DNA of 64,000 nucleotides, from assembly GCA_951406725.2 (NCBI GenBank), contig OX597824.1, positions 15,128,001 through 15,192,000 of the forward strand, given 5' to 3'. Positions 13,746 to 26,952 of this stretch are shown one piece after another. Made by a program: the position numbers and the translations under genes. Positions within the stretch are counted from its first letter, which is position 1, and every line of letters begins with the position of its first letter. This DNA comes from Octopus vulgaris. Lineage: Eukaryota. The notes beneath the pieces were generated by a model. The model made no database searches, had not been told where the DNA came from, and saw only the letters and a program-made list of their open reading frames with translations.

Positions 13746-14207
13746 ATCATTATTTTTTTGTGCCGTAAACCATTCACCATTTCTGTGGTGTCCACCTTCT
13801 TCTCTTGACGCCCTAAGCACGTGTTTATTTTGCTTGCTGAGCTGCACCACACCCTTCCACGTCACACTAACATAAAGAAACATGACCCGGTCTGTTGTTA
13901 TTGTTGATGTCGCCGGTATAAAGAGGGCGCCACTGCACTAGTTATGTGCAACACTGCGTTCACGTGGTTTCTATTGTTGCCGTGTAAACTGGCCACTTGG
14001 GATACGTTCGCTGCTTTTTTTTTCCCCGCTTAATTAAACAGCGACGTTCATTGGTCAGGAGCTATGGTCAATGTGAACATCACAAACTGTCTCTCATGGA
14101 CCCACGGTGACTTGTTTTGTAATGCAGGGAATGAGACGTAACAAAAGGCTCTAGGAGGGGACGATGATGGATATATATAGATGTCTGTCTGTCTTTCTGT
14201 CTGTCTT

Positions 14208-14245
<38 letters not shown>

Positions 14246-14685
14246 AGTCTGTCTGTCTGCCTGTCTGTCTCTCCCTCTCCCTTTCTTTAACTGTTTGTCT
14301 GTTTATCCTTTTATACTGCCTAACCTATCTATGTATTTACCTACCTTTCGAAAGGGAGAGAGAAAGAGAGAGAGGGAGAGAGAGAGATGGAGAGAGAGAG
14401 AGAGAGAGGGGGAGAGAGAGATGGAGAGAGAGAGTGAGAGAAGGAATATGTGGAGGAGAAGAGGGTGTTCTGGTGGACGGTAAGTTGTGTAATGATGTAG
14501 ATAATGGAAAAAAGAAAATTGATTGGGGGAAAGATATGAAAAAACACCCGATGATGATGACGACGACGACGACGAAGATGAAGGATAAGGTTCATAAAAT
14601 TGAAGAAGGCAAATGAACGCGTAGGGAAATGAAATACTGTGTCTATAAAATATATGTATATATATATACATACACATATGTACAC

Positions 14686-14730
<45 letters not shown>

Positions 14731-14922
14731 CATACATACATACATACATACATACATGCATGCATACATACATACATACACACACACATACACACACAGA
14801 GACATGCCTAGGCACACACTGACCTACACACATGCGCACAAACAAACAAAAAGGAACGCAGTGTAAATAACGGACAGAGTCAAGACTATTGAGAAGGTTG
14901 CAAGACGCAACGAAAATTTTAG

Positions 14923-15175
14923 GAACGTAGCGGCAGACGAAATACCTATTTCTATTTCTTTACCACTCACAAGAAAATAGAAATAGGTATTTCGTCTGCC
15001 GCTACGTTCTGAATTCAAACTCCGCCGAGGTCGACTTTGCCTTTCATCCTTTCTGGGTCGATAAATTACGTACCAGTTACGCACTGGGGACGATGTAATC
15101 GACTTAATCCCTTTGTCTGTCCTTGTTTGTCCCCTCTCTGTGTTTAGCCCCTTTGGGGCAATAATGAAATAAGTA
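14923..15175 (+). mobile_element. SINE family C unit with an inverted 5' segment
   Basis: 14923-14957 is the reverse complement of 14975-15009. Confidence 0.8.
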
Positions 15176-15933
15176 AGTAATTATCTTTGAAACGGTGTTA
15201 ATATTGTCATCATTGGATTAACCATTTCAGGTGATAGCTGTGGCGAAGAACGTGCATGAGAAAATGGAGGTAATATCGAGGGAGGTAGAGATGAAATATG
15301 GATGGTGCATGCTGGAGGTTAACTGGAGCTGGGGTACGAGTAATTCACATCTTTTCAAACATCTTTTTGCATAGTGTATCCAAACTGTGGTTTTATAACT
15401 TACTGAATGCAATCCTAAGTTATTTTAAACAGATATGTTACAACCCTAGTTCTTGTGTTTAGATAAGTGTTGGATCAATGTTGAAATAAAAGTATAGAAA
15501 AATGTGTAGAGAAGCGTTTAAATTAGTATTCCCCTAATTTCATCGAAAGCTGATGTAGAGGCTTAAAAGTAATATAATTTTTCGGAAATATTTCGAAAAA
15601 CAAATGTTTACGGTAATTAAACTCTAAGCATTATAATTACATCTGTGATTAATAAATTAATGAATACTTAAGATTGATTGACTTTAATTTGAAACTGTGA
15701 TTAATTTATCAGTAGCAAAGTCAAAATCCTTGATTAAAATTACTGAGCAACAAACAAAAAGGCTGCTAGACGGAAACACGAACGATGGAAAAAAACTTTC
15801 AGACAACAAAAAGAAAATAATTTCTCCGTTACTTTTAACGTTGGAAAGACGATGCATTCTATCCACCATACGAACCTCAGTAAGTTTAACCCTAATTACT
15901 AAGGACTATCCCTGGTCCTATGATATACGTAAA

Positions 15934-16190
15934 CGTGGCTTAGTGGTTAGGGTGTCAGCATCATGATCGTAAGATTGTGGTTTCGATTCCTGGACCGGGC
16001 GATGCGTTGTGTTCTTGAGCAAAACACTTCACTTTCACGTTACTCCAGTCCACTCAGCTGGCAAATTTGAGTAACGCTGCGATGGACTGGCGTCCCGTCC
16101 AGCTTGGGAACACATACGCCATTGAAACCGGGAAACCGGGCCCCTGAGCCTGGCTAGGTTTTAAAAAGGGGCGCATTTATTTATTATTTA
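15934..16190 (+). mobile_element. SINE: family B head plus tail 1 (aacgctgcgatggactggcgtcccgtccag...gaaaccgggaaaccgggccc)
   Basis: A/B boxes, ttgagcaaaacactt...ccagtccactcagctgg core, tail shared with 34643-34942. Confidence 0.85.
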
Positions 16191-16257
16191 TATCCAAATT
16201 TAAGGTTGGTTCAAATCACCAGCTTAATAAAGGTAATGTTGTTTTATAAAATTTCTC

Positions 16258-17055
16258 GCAGGTAAAATTTGTTGTGTAGTTAAGTAGCTCGCTTTGAAAT
16301 CACGTAGCTTTGGGTTCAATCTTACTGCACAGCACCTTGGGCAAGCGTCTTCTACTATAGCACTGAGTCACCAATGCCTTGTGAGTGTATTTGGCAGGTG
16401 AAAACAGTACGGAGCCTGTCGTATATGTATTTCTTTTACTACCCACAAGGGGCTAAACACAAGGGGCTAAACAAGGACAGACAAAGGGATTAAGTCGATT
16501 ATATCGACCCCAGTGCATAACTGGTACTTTATTTATCGACCCCGAAAGGATGAAAGGCAAAGTCGACCTCGGCGGAATTTGAACTCAGAACGTAAAGACA
16601 AACGAAATACCTATTTCTTATACTACCAACAAGGGGCTAAACACAGGGAGAACAAACAAGGACAGACAAACGGATCAAATGGATTATATCGATCCCAGTG
16701 CGTAACCGGTACTTAATTTATAGACCCCGAAAGTATGAAAGGCAAAGTCGACCTCAGCGGAATTTGAACTCAGAACATAACGGCAGACGAAATTTCACTA
16801 AGAATTTCGCCCGGCGTGTTAACGATCCTGCCAGCTCGCCTGTCGTATATGTGTGTATGTGTGTGTGTGTGTGTTTGTATTTGTCTCTCCATCGCTTGAC
16901 AACCGGCGTTGGTTTGTTTATGAAAATAAATGTAATAAGTAATTTAAAAAGAAACAGAAACTACTGCGGTCGATTTGTTCGACCAAAACTCGCCAAGGCG
17001 GTGCCCCAGCATGGCTGCAATCCAATGAATGAAACAAGTGAGAGATAAAAGATAG
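16258..17055 (+). mobile_element. Diverged SINE family A interrupted by a family C dimer
   Basis: 5' half 16258-16428 and 3' half 16853-17055 are collinear with family A. Confidence 0.75.
16429..16840 (-). mobile_element. SINE family C dimer with a 15-bp target site duplication
   Basis: Two tandem units; gcctgtcgtatatgt at 16414-16428 and 16838-16852. Confidence 0.85.
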
Positions 17056-17103
17056 CTTCCAAACTTAACCGAAACAAAGACATTGCATCTTAACAGAAAT
17101 ATA

Positions 17104-17320
17104 TTCTTTTACTCTTTTACTTGTTTCAGTCATTTGACTGCGGCCATGCTGGAGCACCACCTTTAGACAAACAAATTGACTCCAGGACTTATTCTTTGTA
17201 AGCCTAATACTTATTCTATCGGTGTCATTTTCCGAACCGCTAAGTTACGGCGACGTAAACACACCAGCATCGGTTGTCAAGCGATGTTGGTAGAGGACAA
17301 ACACAGACACACAAACATAT

Positions 17321-17363
<43 letters not shown>

Positions 17364-17534
17364 CATATATGCGACGGGCTTCTTTCAGTTTCCGTCTACC
17401 AAATCCACTCACAAGGCTTTGGTCGGTCCGAGGCTATAGTAGATGGCACTTGCCCAAGGTGCCACGCAGTGGGACTGAACCCGAAGCCATATGGTTGGTA
17501 AGCAAGCTACTGCCCACACAGCCACTCCTGCGCC
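17104..17534 (-). mobile_element. SINE family A, full length
   Basis: Collinear with other copies from head to tail. Confidence 0.92.
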
Positions 17535-17947
17535 TATGGTAACAAAGGAATTAAAGCCAGTAATTGTACTGTGTTACCCTGAATCTAACGATAAATAAAA
17601 TTTACATTCGATTCATATTTTCTGATTCCTATCTCCGACAGCCAGAGACCTTATTTCGTGCCACTAGTAAATGTGCTTCTGATGTTAGTACTAAAATCAC
17701 GTGTTTGTTATTAACTGATCTGAAAAGCTGTGCTGCTTTCAGATTAACATTGGATGAAGCCATAATCCATAAATCCCAAATCTATAAAGTTGAAATGACC
17801 CTCAACTAGTTACATTTGTTTGCTATGTTGCAAGAGAAGGAGATGAAGGATTAGAATTCTTGGATTGATAAGCTTGTAGGAACACACGAAATGTTTTTGC
17901 ATGAAAAATGTATCTGACGAAGCATTGTTAACTGCTCGTGTATATAT

Positions 17948-18339
17948 CTCTTTTACTCTTATACTTGTTTCAGTTATTTGACTGTGGCCATGCTGGGGCA
18001 CCGCCTTTTAGTCGAGCAAATCGACACCAGGACTTAATCGTTGTCAGCCTAGTACTTATTCTATCGGTCACTTTTGCCGAACCGCTAAGTTACGGCGACG
18101 TAAACACACCAGCATCGGTTAGCAAGCGATATTGGGGGGACAAACACAGACACACAAACATATACACACACATACACATATACATATATACGACGGGCTT
18201 CTTTCAGTTTCCGTCTACCAAATCCACTCACAAGGCTTTGGTCGACCCGAGGTTATAGTAGAAGACACTTGTCCAAGGTGCCACGCAGTGGGACTGAACC
18301 CGGAACCATGTGGTTCATAAGCAAGCTATTTACCACACA

Positions 18340-18343
<4 letters not shown>
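17948..18343 (-). mobile_element. SINE family A, near full length
   Basis: Collinear with other copies. Confidence 0.9.
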
Positions 18344-18414
<71 letters not shown>

Positions 18415-18421
18415 TATATAT

Positions 18422-18464
<43 letters not shown>

Positions 18465-18492
18465 AATATATATATATAAATATATATATATA

Positions 18493-18588
<96 letters not shown>

Positions 18589-19284
18589 AATACATAGAAT
18601 AGATTTGTAGAAATACTACTAGATAAAAAACAACAAGGCGTAGCTGTTGTCATATACTGAACGTAGATCTGTCTAGCAAGCAGCCTACGAAACCCTTATA
18701 TACGCTGACACAAGTCTACCTTTTCTGCGATAGTCGACTCTGCCTCCTCCACAGAAACTATTAAACGCTGAATGAAATTGAGTCAGTGGGAGAGTTAAGT
18801 ATTTATGTCAGAGACACAACCAACATCGGTGGCTGGATAAGAGCCATTGATATAATAATTCCCAATTGATTTCTAGTCAGCTGTGCGTCTCAGTGACTGA
18901 ATTGTTAAATACAAGATTTTTTCCAGAAGAAAATAAACAGCCGTTTTTCATGTGACGCAAAACATCTCTATATACTTCGCAAGTTCTACGACAATAGTAA
19001 TAATGATGATAATAAGAAAAAAAAAAACCCTCAAAAAAACAAAACAAAACAAAACCCTTTACGTCCACATAATTTGGTTCAGGACTGTAACAAAGGAGTC
19101 GGGAATATTCTTCTGGGAGTGAAGTGGAACTGATGTCTTTGGCGAGTCGTTTAGTTCTGCTGCTTGGCGTTCATTTTTTTTTCTCCAGATCGATCACCAC
19201 GACGCTTCCAACATGGCTTCTCTGATGAGACACCCTTCTGAACTCTTGCAAATGAAATTGAATCGCTTCTTCCACCCTCCCCCG

Positions 19285-19372
<88 letters not shown>

Positions 19373-19534
19373 AACATGTATATAAGCATGCATGCATAAA
19401 TTTATGTATGCATGTATGTATTTATGTATGTATGTATATATGTATGAATGTATGTATGTATGTATATATGTATGTATGTGTGTGTATGCATGTATGTATG
19501 TATGTGTGTGTATGCATGTATGTATGTATGTATG

Positions 19535-19568
<34 letters not shown>

Positions 19569-19726
19569 TGTATGTATATATGTATGTATGTATGTATGTA
19601 TGTGTGTGTATGTATGTATGTATATATGTATGTATGTGTATGTATGTATGTATGTATATAAGTATGTATGTGTGTGTATGCATGTATGTATGTATGTGTG
19701 TGTATGCATGTATGTATGTATGTATG

Positions 19727-19760
<34 letters not shown>

Positions 19761-21077
19761 TGTATATATGTATGTATGTGTGTGTATGTATGTATGTATG
19801 TATGTATGTGTATGTATGTATGAATGCATGTATGTATGAATGCATGTATGTATGTATGTATGTATATATGTATGTATGTATGTATGTGTGTGTATGCATG
19901 TATGTATGTATGTATGTATGAATGCATGTATGTATGTATGTATGTGTGTATGTATGTATGTATGTATGTATGAATGCAAGTATGTATGTATGCATGTATG
20001 TATGCATGTATGTATGTATTATCCTTCACTTGGGATGGCTAACCCCGAGATTTCAAATAAGCTTTGATGCATTGTAGATAAATTCTTGCTATTTCATATG
20101 TCAATGTGCTACAAGACCCGTGCGAGTGAGTATATTTTGATGACTGTATGCAAGAATGTGTGTTTGTGTGTGTGTGTGTGTGCACGTGTGGGCATATTGT
20201 GTATGTCTGTTGTGTGCGTGCGTATCTCACATACACATACACATATGCACATTGTTAAAACCGATGAGTCCAAGAAAACATTTTGACCGGAGACAATACA
20301 GGGACGAAACAAAACGCTTTTTGTAGGACTCAATACTCATAATTATACATGTATACGTATGTATGTATGTATGTATGTATGTATGTATGTATGTATATAA
20401 ATAGATAGATGATTTACACACACACACACATACACACACATATATAATAATTTTGTATATATATTATATATACAACTATATATATGTATTATAGGTAATT
20501 ATTATATACGCATTCACGTTTACATGAATGTGTGCGTGCGTGGGTGGTTCACGTGTGTATCTATAGGCGCCGAGGCACATGTATATGTGTATATGACTCT
20601 CTGTCGGTAAAAATGTATACACACACACATACATACATACATACATACATACATACATACATACATGCATACATACATACATATATACATACACACATAC
20701 ATACATATATACATACACACATACATACATACATATATACATACATACATACATACATACATGTATACATACATACATATATACATACATACATACATAC
20801 ATACATACATACATACATGCATACATACATACATACATGTATACATACATACATATATACATACATACTTACATACATATATACATACATATATACATAC
20901 ATACATACATACATATATGCATACATACATACATATATACATACATACATACATACATACATACATACATACATACATACATACATACATACATACATAC
21001 ACACATACATACATACATATATACACATATACATACATACATACATACATACATACATACATACATACATACATACA

Positions 21078-21113
<36 letters not shown>

Positions 21114-21115
21114 TA
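19285..21115. repeat. (CTA)n, long (TATG)n (19380-20020) and oppositely oriented (CATA)n (20620-21115) tracts
   Basis: Direct reading. Confidence 0.9.
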
Positions 21116-21405
21116 TACACATATACACACAACGGTGTTTATATATGTATAATATGTGTATATGAGTGCAATGTGCGTAGAATGAGTTAAGTCCATTGGG
21201 TATATATATCTAGTTAAGGCCATTGTTAGCTGGCTGTCATTACCAAATGGGTTTGATTACCATGTTGACTTAATCAAAACCTCTGTGTGACTAATTTGGA
21301 AACGGAACTGCACTAGGGTTTGAGTGTGTGTGTGTGCGCGTGTGTGAGAGAGTGTGTGTGTGTATGTGTGTGTGTGAGTGTGAGTGTGTTTGTGCGTGCA
21401 CGTTT

Positions 21406-21442
<37 letters not shown>

Positions 21443-21532
21443 GTATTTCGTATATATATATATATATATATATTTATATGTATTTCGTATGTATATATAT
21501 ATATATATATATATTTATATGTATTTCGTATG

Positions 21533-21563
<31 letters not shown>

Positions 21564-21701
21564 CATATATTTATATGTATTTCGTATCTATCTATATGTA
21601 TGTATGTATATATACATATGCGTCGTTATGTTTGTGAGTGTGTTCGTTGTATGTGTGCGAGTGTGTGTGTACGTGTTTGGCTGATTGCGTGTGTATATGT
21701 G

Positions 21702-21740
<39 letters not shown>

Positions 21741-21950
21741 GATACATTGTAAGTGTATATATATGTATGTACGTATGTTATATGTATATATTTGATACAC
21801 ACACACATATATATATATATATGTATATTTTGTGTAATATATGTATTGTATGTATGTGTGCGAGTGTGTGTGTGCATGTGTGTTTCAGTATGTGTATGTG
21901 TTAGTTCATGTGAGTGTATGTGCCTGTGCATGTATGTGTGTGTGTGTGTA

Positions 21951-21993
<43 letters not shown>

Positions 21994-22084
21994 GTGTGAG
22001 AGAAAGGGAGAGAGAGAAAGAGGGAGAGAGAGAATGAGAGAATGTAACTCTAAATATGTATCAGAATAAGATTCACTTGGAAGG

Positions 22085-22230
22085 GTTTGCACAAAAGTTT
22101 CTCTACGAAATTCACTCACAAAGTTGGTCCGAGGCTACAGAAGAAGATACTTGCCCAAGATATCGCGCAATAGGACTGAACCTGAAACCACGTGGTTCTA
22201 ATGCGAGCTCTTTAACCACACAGCCATGCT
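22085..22230 (-). mobile_element. SINE family A, old 5' half
   Basis: cactcacaaagttggtccgaggctacagaagaagatacttgcccaag...accacacagcca. Confidence 0.7.
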
Positions 22231-22604
22231 TGTGTAGTAGAAATTCTCAATAAATTCCGAGTCTGAGCGTTAAACGAAAAAGATCTAGCGAATTAGATGT
22301 TTCGAAAGCTGGGTAAAAAATAATTAAAAAATTTGAAATGACGGAAAAAAAAACCAAAACATTTTTCGGAATCGTAATTCCTATACTTTTTCTACATTTC
22401 CGATCATATTATCGAATGTTTTCTATCATTTTATAAGGCATCAGCAGGACATGGTTTCAAGATGTGGCTGTTTTATCTAGCTTGTCGAGTGAGCACATTA
22501 ACGTTCGCTCACTGTCATGTCATCATAGCGTGCACTCATCTACACATATTATATATATATAAACACCGTGTGTCTCATGTTTGATCTTTGACTTCTGGCC
22601 GAAA

Positions 22605-22820
22605 TCAGATCGCCATGTTGGTTCGTTAGTTACTGCACGCATTTTTTTTCCTCTCCTTCTTTCTGTGTTTTTTCTCTCTGTATATCTTTCTGTTGAAGAG
22701 CGTAGGCTCGAAACGTTAAAGACTTGTTTTATTTATATTTCCTGAGCGCCATACTAATACAATTGTTTGTTTGTTTTCCACCTGCCTTCGTCTTTTGTCT
22801 ATTTTCATAAAGCTTCCCGT

Positions 22821-22822
<2 letters not shown>
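22605..22822 (+). mobile_element. Hammerhead-bearing Penelope-like terminal repeat, copy 2
   Basis: Same family as 10465-10660 and 43983-44192; 3' end abuts a TA array. Confidence 0.65.
22686..22721 (+). ncRNA. Minimal type I hammerhead-like ribozyme (variant core)
   Basis: cttt-CTGTTGA-a-gagc-gtag-gctc-GAAAC-GTT-aaag; perfect 4-bp stem I and 4-bp stem II. Confidence 0.55.
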
Positions 22823-22885
<63 letters not shown>

Positions 22886-22888
<3 letters not shown>

Positions 22889-23090
22889 ATTTATTTTATA
22901 GAAGGAGCTTCTACAGGACTAGAACTGTTTCATTCAAATGAAATCATCAGGAAGCTTGCTGATGATTTCATTTGAATGAAACAGTTCTAGTTCTGCATAG
23001 AAGCTCCTTCTATAAAATAAATTAATTTACTCTGCTATGTATTGAGTACCTTATTTACTGTGGTTAACCCCGACTCAACCCGGGACCTAC
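22886..23090 (+). mobile_element. Fold-back element: about 65-bp inverted arms centred on a hammerhead-like core, unique tail, flanked by TA arrays
   Basis: 22886-22950 versus 22959-23025 are inverted; CTGATGA at 22959-22965 and GAAAC at 22978-22982. Confidence 0.65.
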
Positions 23091-23790
23091 ATATATATAT
23101 ATTTATATATGTATACATACATGCTTGTTGGTGTGTATAAATTTATACCGACAGAGAGTCATACACACATACACATGTGCCTCATCACCTAGTGATACCC
23201 ACGTGAAACACCCACGTACGCACACATTCATGTAAACGTGAATGCGTATATATTTATTAACCTATAATATATATAGTTGTATATATACAAAATTGTTCTA
23301 TATATATGTGTGTGTGTGTGTGTGCGTGTGTGTGTGTGCGTATAAATCTATCTATTTATATACATACATACATACATACATACATGCGTGGATGTCTGCT
23401 GCTTATCGTTCAGCAGGCATCCACGCATGCGCAAACGAACTGTTACGTTTAGAAATTTTCCAGAAGCTTGATATTGAGTAGGTGTGGGATTACCCGAAAG
23501 TCGATGGCTGGGGGGAATATTTGTGAAAATTGAGATTTTGAAAAGATAACTTTTCAAAATCGTAATCTCCATTGTTGAAAAGTGAAATTTGGAGAAGCTT
23601 TTCTTTTAAAAAATGAAAAGAACAAAACCGCCCAAAAGCCACAAAAGAGAGCATGGTATGAATGTTGAAAGTAGCTCAAGGTGGTTCTCGTTGACACGGA
23701 GAGAGAAATAAAACAATTTCGCGGGCGAAATTTAATTCAGTCCTTGTTGCCTCAATCCAGGTGCGGCGTACAAGCTAAGGAGGAAACGCT

Positions 23791-24297
23791 TGATACGGAA
23801 GAAATTCAGGAGTTTCCTATAATAATACGGAAAAAGTTCAGGAGTTTCCGATGATAGTACGGAAAATGTTCAGGAATTTCCGATGGTAATATGGAAGAGG
23901 TTCAGGAGTTTCCGATAATAAAACGGAAAAAGTTCTAGAGTTTCTGGTGATAATACGGAAGAGGTTCAGGAGTTTCCGATGATAATACGGAAAATATTCA
24001 GGAGTTTCCAATAATAATACCTTGGAGATTCAGGAGGTTTCTATGATAATACGGAAGAGGTTCAGGAGTTTCCGATAATAATACGGAAAAAAATCAGGTA
24101 TTTCCGATGATAGCACGGAAAATGTTCAGGAGTTTCCGATAATAATACAGAAAAAGTTCAGGAGTTTCCGATGATAACACGGAAAAGGTTCAGGAGTTTC
24201 CGATGATAACACGGAAAAGGTTCAGGAGTTTCCGATGATAATACGGAAAAATTTCAGGAGTTTCCGATGATAATACAGAAGAGGTTCAGAAGTTTAT
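23791..24297. repeat. 32-bp minisatellite, about 16 copies (ttcaggagtttccgatgataatacggaaaagg)
   Basis: Period measured from ggaaaaggtt at 24181 and 24213. Confidence 0.92.
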
Positions 24298-24687
24298 GAC
24301 ATTGCGATGGCTTTCGTCACCGCCAGATGGAGAGCTTGCAATACCTCTTGGTAGTTCGTACAGTTTTAGTTTGGGCAAAACATCTCTCTGATGTTTAAAC
24401 ATATGCTGCCATTTGCATGCAGGTTAGAGAAGTATGTAATATGTATCTATCAGTCTATGTATGTATATGTATATGTATATGTGTGTGCGCGTGTGCATGT
24501 ATTTATAATGTGTTTGCCCATGCAGTCAGAAACGAAAGTCAACGAACCTTTGTCATTCCCCTGCGCAAGAATTTATTCAAAATGTCTTGAATTCGTCTTA
24601 CTTCTGTGTATGTAATTGTCTCTGTGTGTGTATACACATTAGTACATATATATGCACACACACATGCATACACGTGCAACTTTCCTC

Positions 24688-24737
<50 letters not shown>

Positions 24738-24741
<4 letters not shown>

Positions 24742-24998
24742 AAGAAGGGTAGTAATATTATTTACTACCAGGTGCCCAGCACAAAAGACGAATTAGTCAT
24801 AAGACAAAAATATTATTCATATAGAAAAATATTATTCATGTGGTTATACAATTAAAGGCTCCTAAATAAAGATGCCGAGTGCTGGGAACACAAAAAGGGG
24901 ATGAATTTATCGAGAGTGAAAATCAAAAATTAAAATTATCGGTAAAATTATCGGTAAACGTTTTTGATTTTCACTCTCGATAAATTCATCCCCTTTTT
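24738..24998 (-). mobile_element. Fold-back element between TA arrays (about 37-bp inverted arms plus tail)
   Basis: aaaaggggatgaatttatcgagagtgaaaatcaaaaa at about 24893-24929 is inverted at about 24961-24998. Confidence 0.6.
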
Positions 24999-25369
24999 AT
25001 ATATATATATATATATATATACATGCATATATGCGTGTGTGTGTGTATATATATATATATACACACACAGAGAAAGAAAGAGAGAAAGACGTATGGGTGT
25101 GTATTGATATTAAACGTAAACATTAGAAAAGACTGTATGTATGTGTATGTATGTGTGTGTGTGTATGTGTGTGTGTGTATGTATATGATTATATACATAT
25201 ATTCCCGTTTATATGCAAATTTAGTTCTGAATTATGTAAAATTATCGTCAAATAATTAAAAATACACGAAACAAGCTTAATGCTTGAAAACATAATGAGT
25301 TATACAGTCACATAACTGTTTGTTTGCAAGTTGGCTGTTAATCTCTCTCTTACACACACATACACGCAC

Positions 25370-25436
<67 letters not shown>

Positions 25437-25603
25437 ATACACATAAATAAGTACTTGTTACCACCTCACCTCAATGTTACATACCTCCGGCCTAACCGCT
25501 GTAACACACACATACATGCATATACAGACATATACACAAACACACACACACACACACACACGCTCATATATGTTATATACATACAAGAAAATAGAGTGCA
25601 AGA

Positions 25604-26610
25604 TATTAGGTCGTCAAGTACGACATTTGTAGAAAAGAAAATAAGTTTGCAAATGTTTTATAAATACAAGGAATAGTTTTATTCATCAAAGTATGCACCC
25701 ATATTGTCAATACACTTTTGCCATTTCAGCGGAAGGTTGTCCAGCCTGGAACTGTAATAGCCTGGCAATCTAGGGTCAAGAAAATCTTTGAAGGTCTGTT
25801 TTACAACATCGTCAGAATTTAATTTTTTTCCTATCAAAAAGTTATCCAAATTCAGGAAGAAGTGGTAGTCAATGGGGGCAAGATCAGGTGAGTATGGTGG
25901 ATGATGGAGAACTTCCAACTCCAGTGTCATTTTTGCGATGTTTGGTCTGGCGTTGTCCTGCAATAAAATAGGAACAGATCTGTTGACTAATCTAGACTGT
26001 TTATTTTTTGTAAGTTTCTGCATCATTTGGTCCAGTTGGCTGCAGTATACATCGGCCGTTATTGATGAACCAGGTTTAATGAAATCATATGGATCACACC
26101 TGCACCAGACCACCGAACACACACCATCAGCTTCTTTTGATGAATTTTGCTTTTTGGACTGTGTTTTGGTGGCTCGTCTTTGTCCAACCATTGTGCTGAA
26201 CGTTTATTGTTGTATTGGATCCATTTCTCATCACATGTTACAATTCGATTAAAAAATTATTCATTTTTGTGACGAGAAATAGCATAATGCAGGCTTCCAA
26301 ACGTTGCTGTTTCTGATTTTCATTGAGTTCATGTGGAGCCCACTTATCCAACTTTCACTTTACCGATTTGAACTAGGTGAGTCAATATTGGTTTGCTTGC
26401 TAACACCAAACAACAACGATAATTCACGGGCACTTTGAGATGGATCCGATTCGGCGACGTCTTTCAGTCCACTTTTGTTTCTGGTCGACCGCGTTGCTCA
26501 TTTGTGAGGTCAAAGTTACCAGAACGAAATTTCACAAACCAATTTGATACTGTCTGCTGTGTAATAACAGACGGAAACACTCCATTAATATTCCGAGCTG
26601 TTTGTGATGC
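25604..26610 (-). mobile_element. Decayed mariner (D,D34D) transposon, Hsmar1/cecropia-like; one TIR retained
   Basis: Motifs TARNIN...WFVKFRSGNFDL, WAPHEL, RIVTCDEKWI, LLQDNARP, HPPYSPDLAPIDYHFF, WQKCIDNMGAYFDE, with frameshifts; TA-ttaggtcg end at 25604. Confidence 0.92.
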
Positions 26611-26750
26611 AACTTTCAAAAACAAACTCGGCGCACTTTTTGCTTCTCGAAATCAACGATCAGGTTAGAATAATCAAGCTGAGAGCTAAGTCCGTGTTCA
26701 ACAGATATCATAGACAATCCACAAAGTCTGGTACACGTTCGTGGTACAAT

Positions 26751-26952
26751 ACTCTTTACTCTTTTACTTGTTTCAGTCATTTGACTGTGGTCATGCTGGA
26801 ACATATATATATGATGGGTTTCTTTCAATTTCCGTCTACCAAATCCAGTCACAAGGCTTTGGTAGGCCCGAGAACTATAGTAGAAGGCTTCACTTGACTA
26901 AGGTGCCAGGCAGTGGGACTGAACCCGGAACCATGTGGTTGGTAAGCAGCTA
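26751..26952 (-). mobile_element. Internally deleted SINE family A flanked by a 34-bp direct repeat
   Basis: atccacaaWgtctggtacacgttcgtggtacaat at 26717-26750 and 26955-26988. Confidence 0.8.

Noticed and set aside
19175-19285. Strong splice acceptor ttttttttctccag followed by open frame IDHHDASNMASLMRHPSELLQMKLNRFF
   Set aside because: No donor site, the frame runs into a (CTA)n tract and the peptide is unrecognisable; needs RNA-seq
23791-24297. CRISPR-like look of the 32-bp palindromic repeat
   Set aside because: Units are contiguous with no unique spacers, there are no cas genes, and the context is eukaryotic
24318-24336. CTCF-like motif ccgccagatggagagc beside the minisatellite
   Set aside because: Single imperfect match with a mismatch at a conserved position; expected by chance in 64 kb
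25679-26191. 170-aa ORF as a functional SETMAR-like host gene
   Set aside because: It is the C-terminal part of a frameshifted, deleted mariner copy with no SET domain or exon structure
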